The position numbers and the translations under genes were made by a program. A DNA stretch of 64,000 nucleotides from contig CDPCPM010000091.1 in assembly GCA_976551045.1 (NCBI GenBank), forward strand, positions 6,944,001-7,008,000. Direction: 5' to 3'. Of the stretch, positions 35,196 through 49,979 are shown piece after piece. Within the stretch, counting starts at the first letter, position 1; each line of letters begins with the position of its first letter. Below the pieces are notes generated by a model. The model made no database searches. It worked only from the letters and a program-made list of their open reading frames with translations, and was not told the DNA's origin. The DNA is from Glaucostegus cemiculus. Its lineage: Eukaryota.

Positions 35196-38150
35196 GCTTA
35201 ATTGGAGTTATCTCAAAAGAAATAGGAGCCAGAAATTAGCATTTAAAGTTTGGAATACTGCTTTACTTTGTGGGTGGGCTGTGAAGTGTAAGTGCCACAC
35301 ACCACAAGATGTGTGAAGTTACTTGAGTTGAATGTTGTTAATTATTTTGGCAGAAGGTTGAAGTTGAGATGGGCGTATTTAATTATTTTTAGCTCTCCAA
35401 ATGACATATTAATTCCAGATTAGTTTTAAATATTGTTCAGTGGAACACGTGCTTCCAATTTCTTTTGCTTGCTTCTAAACTTCAAAACAAAACTTGGAAA
35501 GCTTGCATTGTTGTTTAAAAAGAGTAAAATGCACAGTCAGGCACATATCTTGCATCACTTATTATAGTCTTTTGTTTTAAAGCACTACAAGGATTTTCAG
35601 AAATCTTCACTCTTTAGTACAGCTAACATTCATTTACCAGCTAATTAAAGTTATTGATAAAAGAGCATCCAATGGGTTTTAAATTCAAATTGAAAGTGCA
35701 TTTATAAACATTAATTCCCAGCATTACGATCAGTTTGTAAGACTAGTTTTTCACTGTACCTCAGTACAAGTGACAATAATATACCAATACCAAAGGATGA
35801 TTATATTTTTTATTGCTTTTGTTTATTTTCCCTTTCTGTGTAATAAATGATTTGTCCTCAAGGCCAGTTGTAGTAATTGAACTACCATGTGACTTAAAAA
35901 TTCCAATGGTGCTTAACTACCAATGAGTAAAGCTTTAGGGTATATGGATAAGTTAAAATGTAATGCTGCCTGGAAAATAAAAGAAGGTTGACTTGCAATC
36001 ACCCAATAATTTTAGCTATAATGTTCATCAAATAGAGCAATGTTAATTGATTTCAGGGGATTTGTAATCCACTGGTCAAAATAATTTACACTTCATTTCT
36101 CCTCTGTATTTTGGTATGTGCAATCTATTCCTAGGAATATACTTTGAGTAGTTTGTAACTTAGGCAATCTTTGTCTATAATCTTTTGTATTATTGTAGTT
36201 TCCTTTGGGTTATCAGTCATTATCTAGGAAAGATGAGTATTCTTTATCTAATAAGTCTTTGGAAATCATTTATTCAGCTATATTATGCTTAACTCTACTT
36301 CCACCTTCTATCATTCTCTTTGTTTACTGTGCTAAAGGTAGAAGAATTCTGTAAAATAATAGTTTGCAGCTAGGTTCGGTTTGCTTATTAAATCAGTGTT
36401 AAGACCCTCTTGCCCATTTAAAAGTTTTCTATGTACTGTTTTAATTCTAGTGAATAGCATTCTTCAGTGAAGTATTGATGGATGTTTATTTTCTCCCTCC
36501 CCTAATCAATGGATTAACTGCTTTTGCTCTTTTAGTCCAAGCCTATTCTAATTATGCCTTGCTTTATATCTAGTATATTGAATATTTTATATTTTAATGA
36601 AGTTTTGAACAAACTTTTCCTATCCTTTCCCCCATACTTTTACCACCCCCCCCCCCCCCCGCCCCACATACTTTGTTAAATTGAATGTGCTGTTTCTTTT
36701 TCTTTGTAGTTTCTAGTTCAAGATATTTCTGAATTCTTTTACAAGTCTATCTTGGTCTTTGCATGGCCACCCTACCTATCAGTGGTCACTAGGTTGGACT
36801 TTCTGTAGGTTAGTAGCATCATACTGTCCAAATCAATTAGTTCACTACATATGGTAATTTTTGCACTGTCATGAAGCTGCCATTCTTGCAAATATTGGGT
36901 CTGAAACCCTTGGGTATTCAGAATTTCTATGTGAAGTATAAGCCAACTTCAAAGCTTCTTTGCAGCATTTTCCTCATTCTACCTTGCTCTCCTCCGTTAG
37001 GTTTTTAACCAGTGTAATCTTTGCTCTCACAATCAACATTTTAATTTCTGCTTTCCCTGAAATAACCAAATTGAAATAATTTCCTGAATACCCAGTAGAA
37101 ATGTGTTCCTGTTATAGCATATGCATCTTGATGTTTTGCATCCTTTTGTTGCTGCATTCATAACATATATTTACCTAATCTACTCAATTCAGCCTGAGAC
37201 TAGATTGTTTTTCTTTTCTTTTACCTATGTTTTTCTGTTCTTTAAGAGCCTTCTCTTTGATTTAGCATTTATACACAGAAATGTCTTGATTTATCTTAAT
37301 GTTTTTTAATCATAGTGACCTATCTGAAACAATTACTGTGCAGAATTGTCAACATGTTTCCCCATACAAGTAATTTTCCATACGAAGTCCTTGAGTGATT
37401 CTGTAAGCTTGCTCATTAGCAAGTGCAACATGTTTATCAAATACTAGTAAGCTTTCTAAAATAAATTAAATGACATTTGTACAACCATCCTTTCAGTTCC
37501 TGGAACAGAAATAAATATAGCTGATGCTTGATTTTATGATTTCTTTATTCCAGTGGAGTGTGTTTGTATTAAAATGAAGTCACTACTGCCTTTTTTCCTA
37601 AATTGCCTGTTATGAAACATGAAATCCAAATTCAATGGCTGGCAGAACTTTGCTGAAAAATATGCCATCATTGATGAAGCTTCAAGATATTTTGCTTGCA
37701 TTTTAAATGATCTGTGAGATGTATCTTTCCCATCCACAGGTATTGAACTTGCCTTCACATATCTTCTAATTTTCTGTGATGGGGTAAGCTGCAAGCTTTT
37801 TCCACTGTCAAAGAATTTTTATTCCTTTTCCTCTTCTGAACTCCCATAGTATTTAATAAGTTCTTTTAAAAGCATCTTATTTGCTGTCCAAAATTCACAT
37901 TTAATTATGTTATCAGAATTAAGAGTTGAAATACTTTTTGCTATTAAACAAATATTTAAAGGCAGAATCTATAGGTTCCACTAAAGCAATTTTTTAAAAA
38001 GGTTGTCCTTTAAGTGTTTATATATTTTGAGTGATATCTGATCATTACTGTCTTAGAGCTACATCCTGAGTTCCAAATTCTGTGTCTTATGTTTGCAAAA
38101 TTAGCAATATTCAACAGATAATTTATTTGAGCATTCATTGTGTTCTGCAG

Positions 38151-38338
38151 GAGTAGTAGAAGGAGATCTGGCTGCAGTGGAAGCTTACAAGTCATCTGGA
38201 AGTGACATTGCTCGTCAGCTTGTATCAGATGAAGTACGTCTGTTGAATCGTCCTTCTGCTTTTGATGTAGGCTACACTCTTGTACACCTTGCTATCCGTT
38301 TTCAGCGACAGGACATGTTGGCAATTTTGTTGACAGAG
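38151..38338 (+). CDS. ZRANB1: ZRANB1 coding exon 2 (AnkUBD)
   Basis: ctgcag|GA GTA GTA GAA...; GVVEGDLAAVEAYKSSG...GYTLVHLAIRFQRQDMLAILLTE|gtaagg; 188 nt, phases compatible with neighbours. Confidence 0.97.
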
Positions 38339-39879
38339 GTAAGGTGGCCAATATAACTCTTTCCCATTTTTACCATCCACTTGTAAAAGTAACTGGATAT
38401 ATAAGGGTTAATAATGTATGACTGTTATTGCTTCAACCATGATGTGACTATAGTTATGACTGCAAGATGTTCAGGTGCTTGGGAGTGCTTAAGGCATATC
38501 TTGTTTTGCTAGAAGTTTGCTGTAAGCAACTACCCAAGTATGTGCAACTCCGCACATAGGCATCTTTAGATTAAGTATAAAAGGAGGGACACAAACATGT
38601 AAATCTATGAGCGGGAATCAGTACAGAGCTCAGGGTACACTGTTTACTCTTTCTCTGTATCCCTCACTCCTAGTGACTCCCGCTAGCATTAAATAAAAAA
38701 GTACTTACTGTATGCTCCTTGGTTCTGCTTGTCTACTTTATTACAGCGCAGACTGACTTCAACACACCAATCACTTCACAATGACCTCTATTTTTGTTTG
38801 GCAAAAATGAGCTGATGTCGGATGTGTTGCAGGCTAAGCCTAGTATAATGAATGCAGAGAATTTTGTAAACTACAAATGAGGGTGCCAGTATAAATTTAA
38901 GTTGCATCTTTCTACTTTGCTGCACTTGCATCAGTAAAGACATTTTCAGTTTTTTTTATCACAGTGAGGCTTAACACCCAGGAAAAAATGCTGCTTCTTG
39001 GATGGCTAGATTTACATGGATTAAATTTAATCAGAAACTGGAGCTGCTGTATATTGCTTACCCTGCTCCTGATTCATGTTGCACTATCAATAGTTACTGC
39101 TGTTGAAGACCTGAGGAATCTTTCATTGTTGGTTGTGGGGTTGCTTTTAAACATGCAAATAAGCTGAAGGCTCTGTTTCACACAGTGTGAAAGAATTGCA
39201 AAATAGACAAACTAGCTACTGACACCTGTTATGCTGCATAAGCAGACAAGTTGCTTGCCATGAAAATAATGCATTGACTGCACTAATGAGTATCCTGAAT
39301 CATCCTGAATTTGCGAAGAAACTGAAGAAAAATAAAAACCTGACAGTCTAATTCTGCATACCGAGGAGGTATTCATTGTCAAGAACTTTGATTTGTTTTA
39401 CGACATGGAAAAGGCATGAGATTTTTTCCTTGCTATTGCCAGCAATTCTTCCAGTATGCTTAGTGGATTCTGACTATCAAAATTTCCTAATCAAGTGCAA
39501 AGGCTGTGGAGACGAGAATGTAATTGATTCTAGAAATTCTTACAAACTTGGAAAAAGGGAGAACCAGACTAAATTTGCAAAGAATTCGACATGGTGCTCA
39601 GTGATAAATGAGAGCAATTGTATCCTGTAATTTGTTTATGCAAAAGATTCTTTTTAGAATGTCATCCAGGTCTTTGATCTCTTAAGGTAAATTTTGATGC
39701 ATACTATTACCACTTTGTTAGAGTACTGTCACCAAAAATAAAATTTTTGCATCTTAAAAAGGAGTATACTACTGTGTAAGCATGCTTGCCCCTGACGGTA
39801 TGAAACAGGGCATGGTGGCTTTTTGGAACCACAAACAAGGCTCATTCCTCAGTTTCAAAGTGATATGGCAACTTTTGAG

Positions 39880-40530
39880 TATTGGTTTATTATTGTCATT
39901 TGTACCGAGGTACAGTGAAAAGCTTGTCTTACAGACTGATCGTACAGGTCAATTCATTACACAGTGCAGTTACATTGAGTCAGTGCAGAGTGCTTTGATG
40001 TAGTACAGGTAAAAACAATGGCAGTACAGAGTAAAGTGTCACAGCTACAGAGTAAGTGCAGTGTAATAAGGTGCAAGGTCACACAAGATAGAACATGAGG
40101 TCATAGTCCAGCTCATTGTATAAGGGAACCGTTCAATAGTCTTATCACAGTGGGGTAGAAGCTGTCCTTAAGTCTGGTGGTACGTGCCCTCAGGCACCTG
40201 TATCTTCTACCTGATGGAAGAGGAGAGAAGAGAGAATGTCCTGGATGAGTGGGGTCTTTGATTATGTTGGCCGCTACACCAAGACAACAAGAGGTAAAGA
40301 TGGAGTCCAAGGAGGGGAGACTGGTGTCCATATGCTGGGCAGTGTCCACAACTCTCTGCAGCTTCTTGCGGTTCTGGGCAGAGTAGTTGCCATACCAAGC
40401 CGTGATACAACTAGATAAGATACTTTCTATGATGTATCGGTAAAAGTTGTTTAGTTGAAGGGGACAAACCAAATTTCTTTAGCCTTCTGAGGAAGTAGAG
40501 GTGCTGGTGAGCTTTGTTCAATGCAGAATA
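39880..40530 (-). mobile_element. Rex-type LINE 3' end
   Basis: NFYRYIIESILSSCITAWYGN...DPTHPGHSLFSPLPSGRRY...DSFYPTVIRLLN; tail AATAAACCAATA. Confidence 0.85.
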
Positions 40531-41878
40531 CTTCTATTTTTATCTCCACAAAAGCAAGTGTTGTATTATGAGTAAGGGTACGTTTATGAAAACTATGTGA
40601 GCATTTGTAATCCATGATTTCTGAAAAGTGATTTGTTTTAGGCAACACAGTTATATACTGTTAACCTTTTTTATGTGTCTTTTTAAAACTACTGATCTGC
40701 TACACACAAAAATGAAGTTTTCATGCATGAATGAAAACTGAGGTTTTTTTAAGTTGAGAACCATGGCAGAACTTAAGCAAAACTACTGGTTTGTGGATTT
40801 CAGAAGAAACTGATGTTGCAGTAACAGTATAAGAAAAACATTATGCCTAACTCTGAAATACAAATACTGAAAGTTTGAAAACTGTATATGAGGATGTCAG
40901 CATTTAAGTAAAATTACATGTATATCCAGTTCATTGTGACTATATAAAAAAAAATTGAAATCTCATTTTAATGTTTGCAAAACAAACCCCCAAAACAATT
41001 TGCAGGAGGAATACTATGTGAAATTAGATTTTTAGGGCCAGATACTTTGTAAGCAATGTTTGTGGTAGTACATCATTTATATCTTGTGTTAAATGGTGTT
41101 TCAGTAAGATTTTCAGCACACTTTATAGCAGATTGACTTTAAAATCATGTTAAAGTAATTTTATTTCACTATATTGGAGAAGACAGAAAAATGACCTAGC
41201 CTGTGAAGCTGCATTGAATCACAGGCACCAGCTTTGGGATTTTTGCATTAAAGTATACATTGCAAAATAATCCTGAAATTGTCAGTTTCACAGTAATGAT
41301 GGCAAAAGGCAGTTGTTTAACTTATTACTGCAACCAAATGCACTTCATTGCCCAAACTGCACTGCCAATTTAGTCTGAAAAATTTTCTTAATCTTGTCTC
41401 CTCCTTCACTTAAAATCATTTCAGTGAAAGCTTTTTTTGTATTGATTACTTTTCCCCCATTGGTTGTGCATTGAGTATTTGGCCAGATTCAAAAACTTCT
41501 TTTCTCAAGCGTATTCAAATTGACATCTTTTCCCCCAACAAACAATCTAAAGTTTTGCCTCTTAAAAATGTTGACTGTAGCTATAAGACTATTATCTGAA
41601 CAGTAATGAAAAAATAAAAGATGTTAGAAATTTGAAATAAACAAAATATTGAAAATACTCTGATTATTCGGCAACTGTGGGGAGAGAAATGTAGTTAAAA
41701 TTTGGATCAGTAACCTGTGAAATAATATGAAATATCACTGAACTGAAATATTAGCTCTTAGCATTAGCAGTATTATCAGACATCCAATGTCAACAATTTG
41801 TTTTTGGGTATTGTACATTGATGCTACTTAATTTATGAAGTAATTTAATAATTTGTGCCTTTGCTGCTTTTCCTTCAG

Positions 41879-42032
41879 GTGTCTCAGCAAGCTGCCAAGT
41901 GCATCCCTGCAATGGTATGTCCAGAGCTCACTGAACAGATACGGCGTGAAATAGCTGCATCACTTCATCAACGCAAAGGAGACTTTGCTTGTTATTTCCT
42001 AACTGATCTCGTGACATTTACATTACCTGCAG
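41879..42032 (+). CDS. ZRANB1: ZRANB1 coding exon 3
   Basis: ttcag|VSQQAAKCIPAMVCPELTEQIRREIAASLHQRKGDFACYFLTDLVTFTLPA G|gtatc; 154 nt. Confidence 0.97.
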
Positions 42033-43599
42033 GTATCAACTATATTCAAAAGGGTGTATCTAAATGGTTTGATTCATTTGTCACCTGTCATAGTGAGCAA
42101 CCTGAACATTAAATCAGTTATACATGCAGAGGTATTTTGTTTGAAGAAGTGAGTGCACTTGAGGTAAGATATAATATATCATCAGTTATATCAGTTTTCT
42201 CAATGTATGACAAAATTTGCTCTGGATAGGTGAAATTACAATCAGATGCATTGTTTTTCCCATCAGGCAATAGCACCAGGTAGGATGGAACTTTAACCCA
42301 CAATGATTTTTATCTTGCAATTTCAGCAACAGACATTTACATTAATTTAGTGCCTTTTGTATGTACAAAATATTATTAAGTACTTAAGAGATGTACTCAA
42401 ACAAAAGTGGATCTCTAAGTGCAGGTAATAGCAGCAACCATTAGCTTGATCAAAAGATTGGAATTTTAGGAGGGTATTTAAAGGAGATTTGGGAAGCTGA
42501 TGAGGTGGAAGGATTTAAGCACAACTGGTGACATCATTGATGTAAACAAAATGTTTGGACTGCAGATCTAAGTAACCATTGAGTGAGTATTTGTACTTTA
42601 TCCACAGCAGTTGCAAAGATCCTCTATCCAAAGAAATTTCAGTCTTGGTTTAAATTTTTAAGCAATGCTACGTATTAGTTGAATGATGGCTCCTCTAATT
42701 TGGTGAGTTTGTTCAGTTGGAAGCTGAACCCTACTAAGATTTAATCCGCAATTTAAATTAGCTGACCTGAAGTAACTGACAGAAAACTACTTTGCCAGAA
42801 AGTAAAGATTTGTCTGGAAATTGTTGCTACAAAAGTTCAGTGACCTCCCTCCCTTCCTTTTCTTGCAACTACAGCAGAAGTTTGAGGCTAATACATAGTT
42901 GAACTGTGATTAATTTCTCCAGTAGGGACTGATAACCTTATAGTTTGTGGGTCTACTTGGCATTGGAATCATTTTGTAACTGAGTAATGTTCCCTAATCA
43001 TAGTTACCATAAATGCTGCTGGATTTATTTGTGCTGTTACTTGAAACCATCTCAACCTTTCACCCACATCAGCATTGCCAGCAGAAAAAAAAACTAATGT
43101 CCACAATCAGTTTCACAGCTTTTTAGTTTTTTTCCTGATTTGAAGTTTGACAATGAGAGCTATTTAATAGAGATTTTTTTTTATCTGTGAAATTTGATTC
43201 AAATATTCCTGGTTCAATATTCTGCTCAGGGTAATTGGGAATTTCCATCTTGGGTTTTGTTATATCATGCAAGAACTTTTTTTTTTCTTTCTATGCAGTT
43301 TACCACCTCAACATTCTAATGTGTATTTTTTTAATCTCCAATTACTTATACAAATGTGCTAGATGCCTCTGGAATGGCAATGAATAACTTGGTATACAGT
43401 TGTCCAATAATCTCCCTCAAATCCATGAGCAAAAAACTAACTGCAAACAAAAAACAAATCCTACATTAATCCCATTTTTATTTACCCCACATCCATCAAC
43501 TCTTTTCCACCCCCCCACCCCAGATTCTAGCATTCAACTACCTACACGGTAGGGGAAATTTTGTCAACTGTTTATCATTAACTTGTATTTATTAGGCCA

Positions 43600-44915
43600 C
43601 TTACCAGCAAATAAGAAAGCAAACAAATTATTGTTTATTGCTTGAGGAATTGAATATGAAAATAAGAATTTTATGCCACAGATATGTATAGAGCATTGAT
43701 GAGACTACATCTGGAGTATATTTTACAAGGTACTGATTGTTGTCTTAATTAAGCAAGGATATTAATTCCATTGAAAACAGTCCAGAAAAGGATTATTAGA
43801 CTGATACCTGGATAGGTTGTCTTATGGCTAGGCTTGTAGTTGCTGGAGTTTAAAGAATGAGGAGAGACTTGATGGAAACATAAGGAGTGGATGTGAAGTG
43901 TGTTCCCTCTTGTGGGGGGGTCGGGTGAATTTAGAATGTATTTCTGAAGGTTGTGAGTCTATGTAACTCTTGCACAAAAAGCAGTGGATGCAGTGATTTT
44001 GAAGATTTTTTTGGCAGAGTTAGATTCTTGATAAACATTGAAAGACTTGGGTATACAAGAATGCTGCCTGCAGTGAGGTGTGCCATGATATTATTTAATG
44101 ATACAGCAGGCTTGAGGGACAGAGTAGCCAACTGTGTTCCTGATTTGTATGTTCATGTATGCATCATTTTATTCAACTAAGGTGTTGTATTTTGAAGTCG
44201 AACCAGGGTAGAACTTGTGCAGTGAGTGGTCGGACCCTGTGGAGTGTTGTGGAACAAAGGCACCTAAGAGTGCAAGTATATAGTTCGCTGAAAGTGCCTT
44301 CATAGGTAGACAGGGTGGTGAAGAAGATGTTTGGCATGCTTGCCTTCATCGGTCAGGACACTGACGTTATGTTGTGGTTGTACAAGTTGTTGGTGAGACT
44401 GTACTTGGAGTACTATGTAGCTTTGGTTGTCCTGTTATAGGAAAGATGCCAAACTGGAAGGAGTGCAAAGGAGATTTATGAGTATGCTGCAGGGACTTCA
44501 GGGCCTGAGTTATAGAGAAGTTGGGCAGGTTAGGACTTTATTCTCTGGAACGTAGGAGATTAAGATATGACTTTATAGAGGTGTCTAAAAATCATGAAGG
44601 GTACAGATAGGGTGAATGCACATGATCGATTTCCCAGGGAAGGGGAACTAAGAACTAGTGGGCATAGGTTTAAGTTGAGAGGTGAAAGACTTAAAAGGGA
44701 CCTGAGGGGCAACTTCATGTAGAAGGTGGTGTCTACATGGAATTAGCTGCCAGAGAAAATTGTTGAGGCCGGTGCAATTACATTTAAAATCTATTTGGAC
44801 AAATACATGGATAGGAGGGATTTAAAGGGATATGGGCCAAACACAGGCAAATGGGACTAGCTTGGTGAGCACCTTGGTCGGTGTGGCTGAGTTGGGCCAA
44901 AGGGCCTGTTACCAT
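43600..44915 (+). mobile_element. Two consecutive CR1 LINE 3' fragments
   Basis: Decayed LVR.HLEY, RGHRFKLRGERLKRDLRGNF motifs and CR1 3' UTR (gggccaaagggcctg). Confidence 0.75.
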
Positions 44916-46739
44916 ACAAGAGTCTGACATTCAGTTGCGTAAGTATCGCAGAGCCCCCTCCCCCGCCCCAGCATAAGGGTCACTATTGATCAGAATAATT
45001 TTATCTGCTGAGTAAATACTGCAGGTCAGCAGTTCAGGATCATCCAGCAAATGAGTTACCATTGACTCTTCAAATGCCAGCCACAGGATAAAGGTCAGGA
45101 ATGTTAGGAATTCTCTCTGCTTGCTTGGCTGAGTATAGCTCCAACAACACCAAGCTGAGCATCATCCAGGACTAAATTATCCTGCTTGGTTGATGTTCTG
45201 TCATTCATTCCATCTGTCAATGCATATTATGACTGCGGTACGTATCATCTGTAAAATGCACACAACTACTCGCCAGAGTTCTTCCAAAACAATTCCTGTC
45301 AGCAATTTCTGCCACCTAGACGAACAAACTGAACAGATGCATCATAACGTAGCCACCTGCAACTTGCCCTTCCAGCCCCTGCGCAATCTCAATTTGTGTA
45401 TATAAATTGTTCCTCCATCCATCAGGTGGGTTTGAGTAATTTACAAAGGTGGTTTGCGACCACCTTTTCAATGGCAATAAATCCTGACCTCTGTGTGTAA
45501 CTCTCCTGTAAATCCCCTAATTGAATTTACAGAATACTCTTTGTTTTTTTTTTAACGATGGTGGGATGATCTAATCTGGAGATCAGAGGTGCACATCAAA
45601 GGAGTAGGGAATCATATGAGGCAGATTGGATGTTCTTGTTGCATGGAGGCATGACTATAGATTGCCCAAACAGGTAGCGTGCAATTACATCAAGTATTAT
45701 GGCCAGATGTATAGCTACATACATGAAAGCATCCAGCTCAGAATAATATAACACATACCAAAAAATGCAGGTAATGCACCGAACATTTGCACCAAAACAA
45801 AATTTTGCAAATGCTGATAGTACATTTATTGATTTGTAGTCACAAAAATAAATTAAACCCTTCAGGGATGATGATCATGCCTCTAAGGAATAAAACAATG
45901 TTTTCAGTACAAGGAGAATGCGTGACGCCACTGGGAATTTGTTTACATGTATTTTTATTTCTGAACTCTATGGTTACTGAATTTGAAGATTTATTAATTC
46001 ATCAATGAAAAGTTTAGAATAAGTATCAACACGTACGCAGTTCAGAATTTCTGTGCCACTGGTTCCGAATTGGATATCTAATATTCATTTTAGTTTATTG
46101 CCATGGGCTTATAAATACCATGAAAACTAGCTTTCAGCAGCAGCACAGTATATTACAAACATGACTATCATAAATTACATTTAATTTAAGTTTATATAAC
46201 TTGCATGACAAAATAAAACTACATTAGTGCAAGTTGTGGGAAATATGATCAGAGGTAGAGTTAGGGTTCACCAAGTCAGTTCAAGAATCTGGCAGTGGGG
46301 AAGAACTGTTGTTGAATCTTGAGGGGTAGGTTTTCAGGCCTGATGGCAGCAACAAGAAGAGGGTAAGGGGGCCTTAATGATGGATGTCGCCTTCCTGAGA
46401 TATTGCTTCTTGTAGATGTACCCTGATGGGGAGAGCTGTACCTATGATGGAACTGACTGAGTCCACCAATGGAAGATAATCCAGAAATAGAAGTTATATT
46501 CAGTATGATATTTTAATCTTTTTTGCTGGAGTTGGCTTGGGGAAATATTTCTATATTTTCTTGAATAAATAGTGTGCCTGTATGATCCGCAAGGAACAAA
46601 ACTAATAGATCAGTTGACTTATTAATTCTAATGTACTTTAAGCAAGCAGATTTGCTGTTCAATGTCTGATACAGAACCATTTTTTTTCAACAGTTAATAA
46701 GAAAGTGGTTTAGTCTTGTATCTGAAACAGTAATCTGTG

Positions 46740-47280
46740 CATGGCATTACTATATTTAAAGAGGGGTGTATGGGGAACTGCAGATCAGTTAGCCTAACAT
46801 CAGTGGTAGAGTAAATGATGGTAAATTGTAGTAAGGTATTTAGAAAGTATTTGAGTGCTAGTAAAGATACCTTGTGGCAGTTACATGGTGTCCTGGTGAC
46901 ATTACATCTGGAGTATTGTTTACAGGTATGATCTACTGAATGAACAATGTACTTACAAAAAGAGTGCAATGAATTTCAGATTAATTTCTTGGGTGGGGAG
47001 TTTATCCTATAAAGAGTGATTAAGCAGGCTGGGTGAGATGTGATTCTGTAGAAGCATACAAAATTCTCAAAGCTTGACAAGGTAGTAACAAGAATGTTTT
47101 CCCCTGGCTAAGGTATCTATAACTAGGGGACGTAGCTTCAAAATAATGAGAATCAACCTTCTCACAATTGAGATGTTGAGGTCTTCAAGAAGAAGATTGT
47201 GAATGTGTGGAACTGTCCGAGAGAGCTGAGGAAGGTCAGTCACGGAGTATATTCCAGACACTGATCAACAGATCCTACTT
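46740..47280 (+). mobile_element. Decayed CR1 fragments
   Basis: NCRSVSLTSVV and LHLEYCLQV remnants. Confidence 0.55.
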
Positions 47281-49979
47281 GAAGTAGTATAAAATGATTG
47301 GCACCTGCATCTTGAGTTGTTTGCATAAACATACTGAAGTTGATCAAACATTCCTTGAAGTTGGTCGAACCCACTCTGTTTGCATTGGTTAGCTGTTTTA
47401 TATAAATCAGTCACCTAAAATGCAAGCAGTGATCTGCAGAGTGGCAGACTGCAAAGTACAAGTCCCAACAGTGCTGGTTAAGAGTTGAGTTAATTGTTTT
47501 ACCTTGCTGAGAAGTCACAGAAGTTCACTTCCATAGCAGTGGCTATTTGTTAAATCGTAAATTAATGTTCTTTGTAAGATTGAGGCAGGATTAATGTTTT
47601 TCAACTTGGATTCAGGAAGTTGAATGACTAAGTAAAAATGCAAATCCATTTTCTAAAAATAAAAGATGTACATTAGTGCACTTAAGGTTAATTTTGTTTT
47701 AAGACTCTCAAGAAATAGTGCTTTACTAAAGTTTGTTAATTTGTATTCACTGAGTATTTGTACAAAATAATGCATTAAATTGAATTATAATTCTATGGCA
47801 CAAATAGACCACCTTATTATGCCCATGCATATCATTTTAAATAATGATGTGCAACGTATCCTGAAATGAAACTTTGAAGGTAAATTTCATGGTTACGTTC
47901 ATATTTTGCGATTGTGTTCAATCAGATCCATAGTCCAGACTTGTCATCTTGCTGGGCTTGCCCATCTGGATGAAGAGCTCTGAATGAAATGACCTCTGCA
48001 TGTGATGAGTAGAGAGAGGTGTTAAAATTCAGATTTGAATAATTCATTTTGATTCAGATTTAAATAATTAAAAATTAATATGAATTAATAGAAAACACCT
48101 TAAGTTAATAATTAATTTAACAACCTCTGAGATAAAGTAACTCGACAGTTATCTGCATGGGTGGAGCAGCTGTTCATACACAGGCCATTCACGGCATAAA
48201 ACTCTGCATATCTACCTCACCTCTGGTTTTGGGCTTAATGAGGGAGTCATCAGAACAAGAAAGAACCATCAAGGTTTATAGCCACAGAATAAAGGACTGG
48301 TCATTTCAATTCAGCTATCTATGTTTAATAATTAGGTTTACAGTTAATCATTCAATTTAAAGCCTAAATGATTTATTTTGCCTTATCCAACTTGGATGCA
48401 TTATTGTACTTCATCTGCCTTTTTGAATTTAAAACAATGGAATTTAGCAATTATTATACTATTGTAATATATTTGGCAGAGCTTTCCAGTAACCTTTTAC
48501 TTAATGAAAATACTCTTCTTAGATAACATCCAAAGTGAGCATTTTGTCAGTTAAAATGCCAGTTGCAGTTAGTATTTGTGTTGACTACTCTTGGCAGCTG
48601 TATCAGTCCTGAAACTATGATTGAATTAACAAAGTTAATATTTGGCAGTAAATACCAAGGTCAACTGCACTAATCTAGATTCCATTGAGACCTTATTGTA
48701 AAGGACAACATTAATTCTCATTTGTTGAGACGTAAACTGACAAGGAGCAGCCAATGCTGATTTGTTAAAGGCAGATCATGTCCAGGTTCTTTGAAAGAAA
48801 CTGCTAATTAATTTTTGTGCATGTTTCATTTTGGGCAGCTGTTTCAAAGCTATATGTAGAAACCAGAAGATCATTTGTCTTTTGATATGTAGATATACCT
48901 TGTTAGGCTATGTAACATGACAGTAGCTTTCAGGAATACTAATGACCAAGAGGAATCCAATTCCTCTTTTCTAAGAATGATTCTAATTGGATGTGAGAGG
49001 CTAGAATCAGTAAACTTTTCAAAATTGTCAGCAGTTAAGTTATACATGAGCAATAAGATATGTTTAAAATATCTCTTGATAGAAGATCAATATATAGAAC
49101 CAAGAAAGGGCACTGGTTGCCAAATAATCTGACAATTTAAATTTTGAAAAGCTACCTACAGTTGGAATCTACTAAAATTGAGGCCTGTGCAGATGGAAGT
49201 GGAAGACTCAATAAGTGCTCAGGCTAATGAAATGGAAGCCTTTCTATGTTGGGAGCTAGAGACTAAAGCAAATATTTTTGTTGTACACTTGCACAAAGGT
49301 TTGGTTAGACTGCACCACATATGCATGATTCCAGCTGGATCTGTTAACATTTTTGGTAATACAACATATTCACAATGTTACCAGAGCTCCATGGGCTACA
49401 TCAAGAAGTTATCAAACATTGAGATTTCATTGAGGTTTTGGTATTTCAAATGAATTGTGAGAAAATGTAGAGAAACCTGTTCTGGTTAGAACCCTTAACA
49501 TGCCAGGGCATGTCTGGTCTGTTTCAGAATCAGGACCTTCAGAAATGAGCTCTGAAGTCTGGAACTTCCATGCAAAAAGAAAAGTTGTAGGAGTCTGATC
49601 TCACTTCCTAGAAAGGAAATCAAATGAACTGTTACTCTTTATTACATAGGGGCTATGGTACAAAAGTCTCACCACCACCACACAATATTGGTGAGATAGT
49701 TTCAGTTGTGGTCTCCATAGCTGAGTATACTATAGAGGCAATTAGAAGATCTCCAGGTTGATTTCTGGTGTGAATGGAATGACTTGTGTGGAATGGTTGA
49801 ACAAGCTGTGCCCATACTCATTGGAGCTAATGACAACGATAGAGAATCTTGGTGAAATGCAAAAATTCTGAGGGGGCTTGACAAGTAAAATGTACTAGGA
49901 ATTTAATACTTTTCTAATTTAGAAGAACTACCACTAACTTCATTAGAAAAACTTCTTCAGTGAAGTACACTTTTAACTA

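Noticed and set aside
36643-36667. Poly-C tract followed by acceptor-like tttgtag
   Set aside because: No open, recognisable exon follows; treated as a simple repeat.
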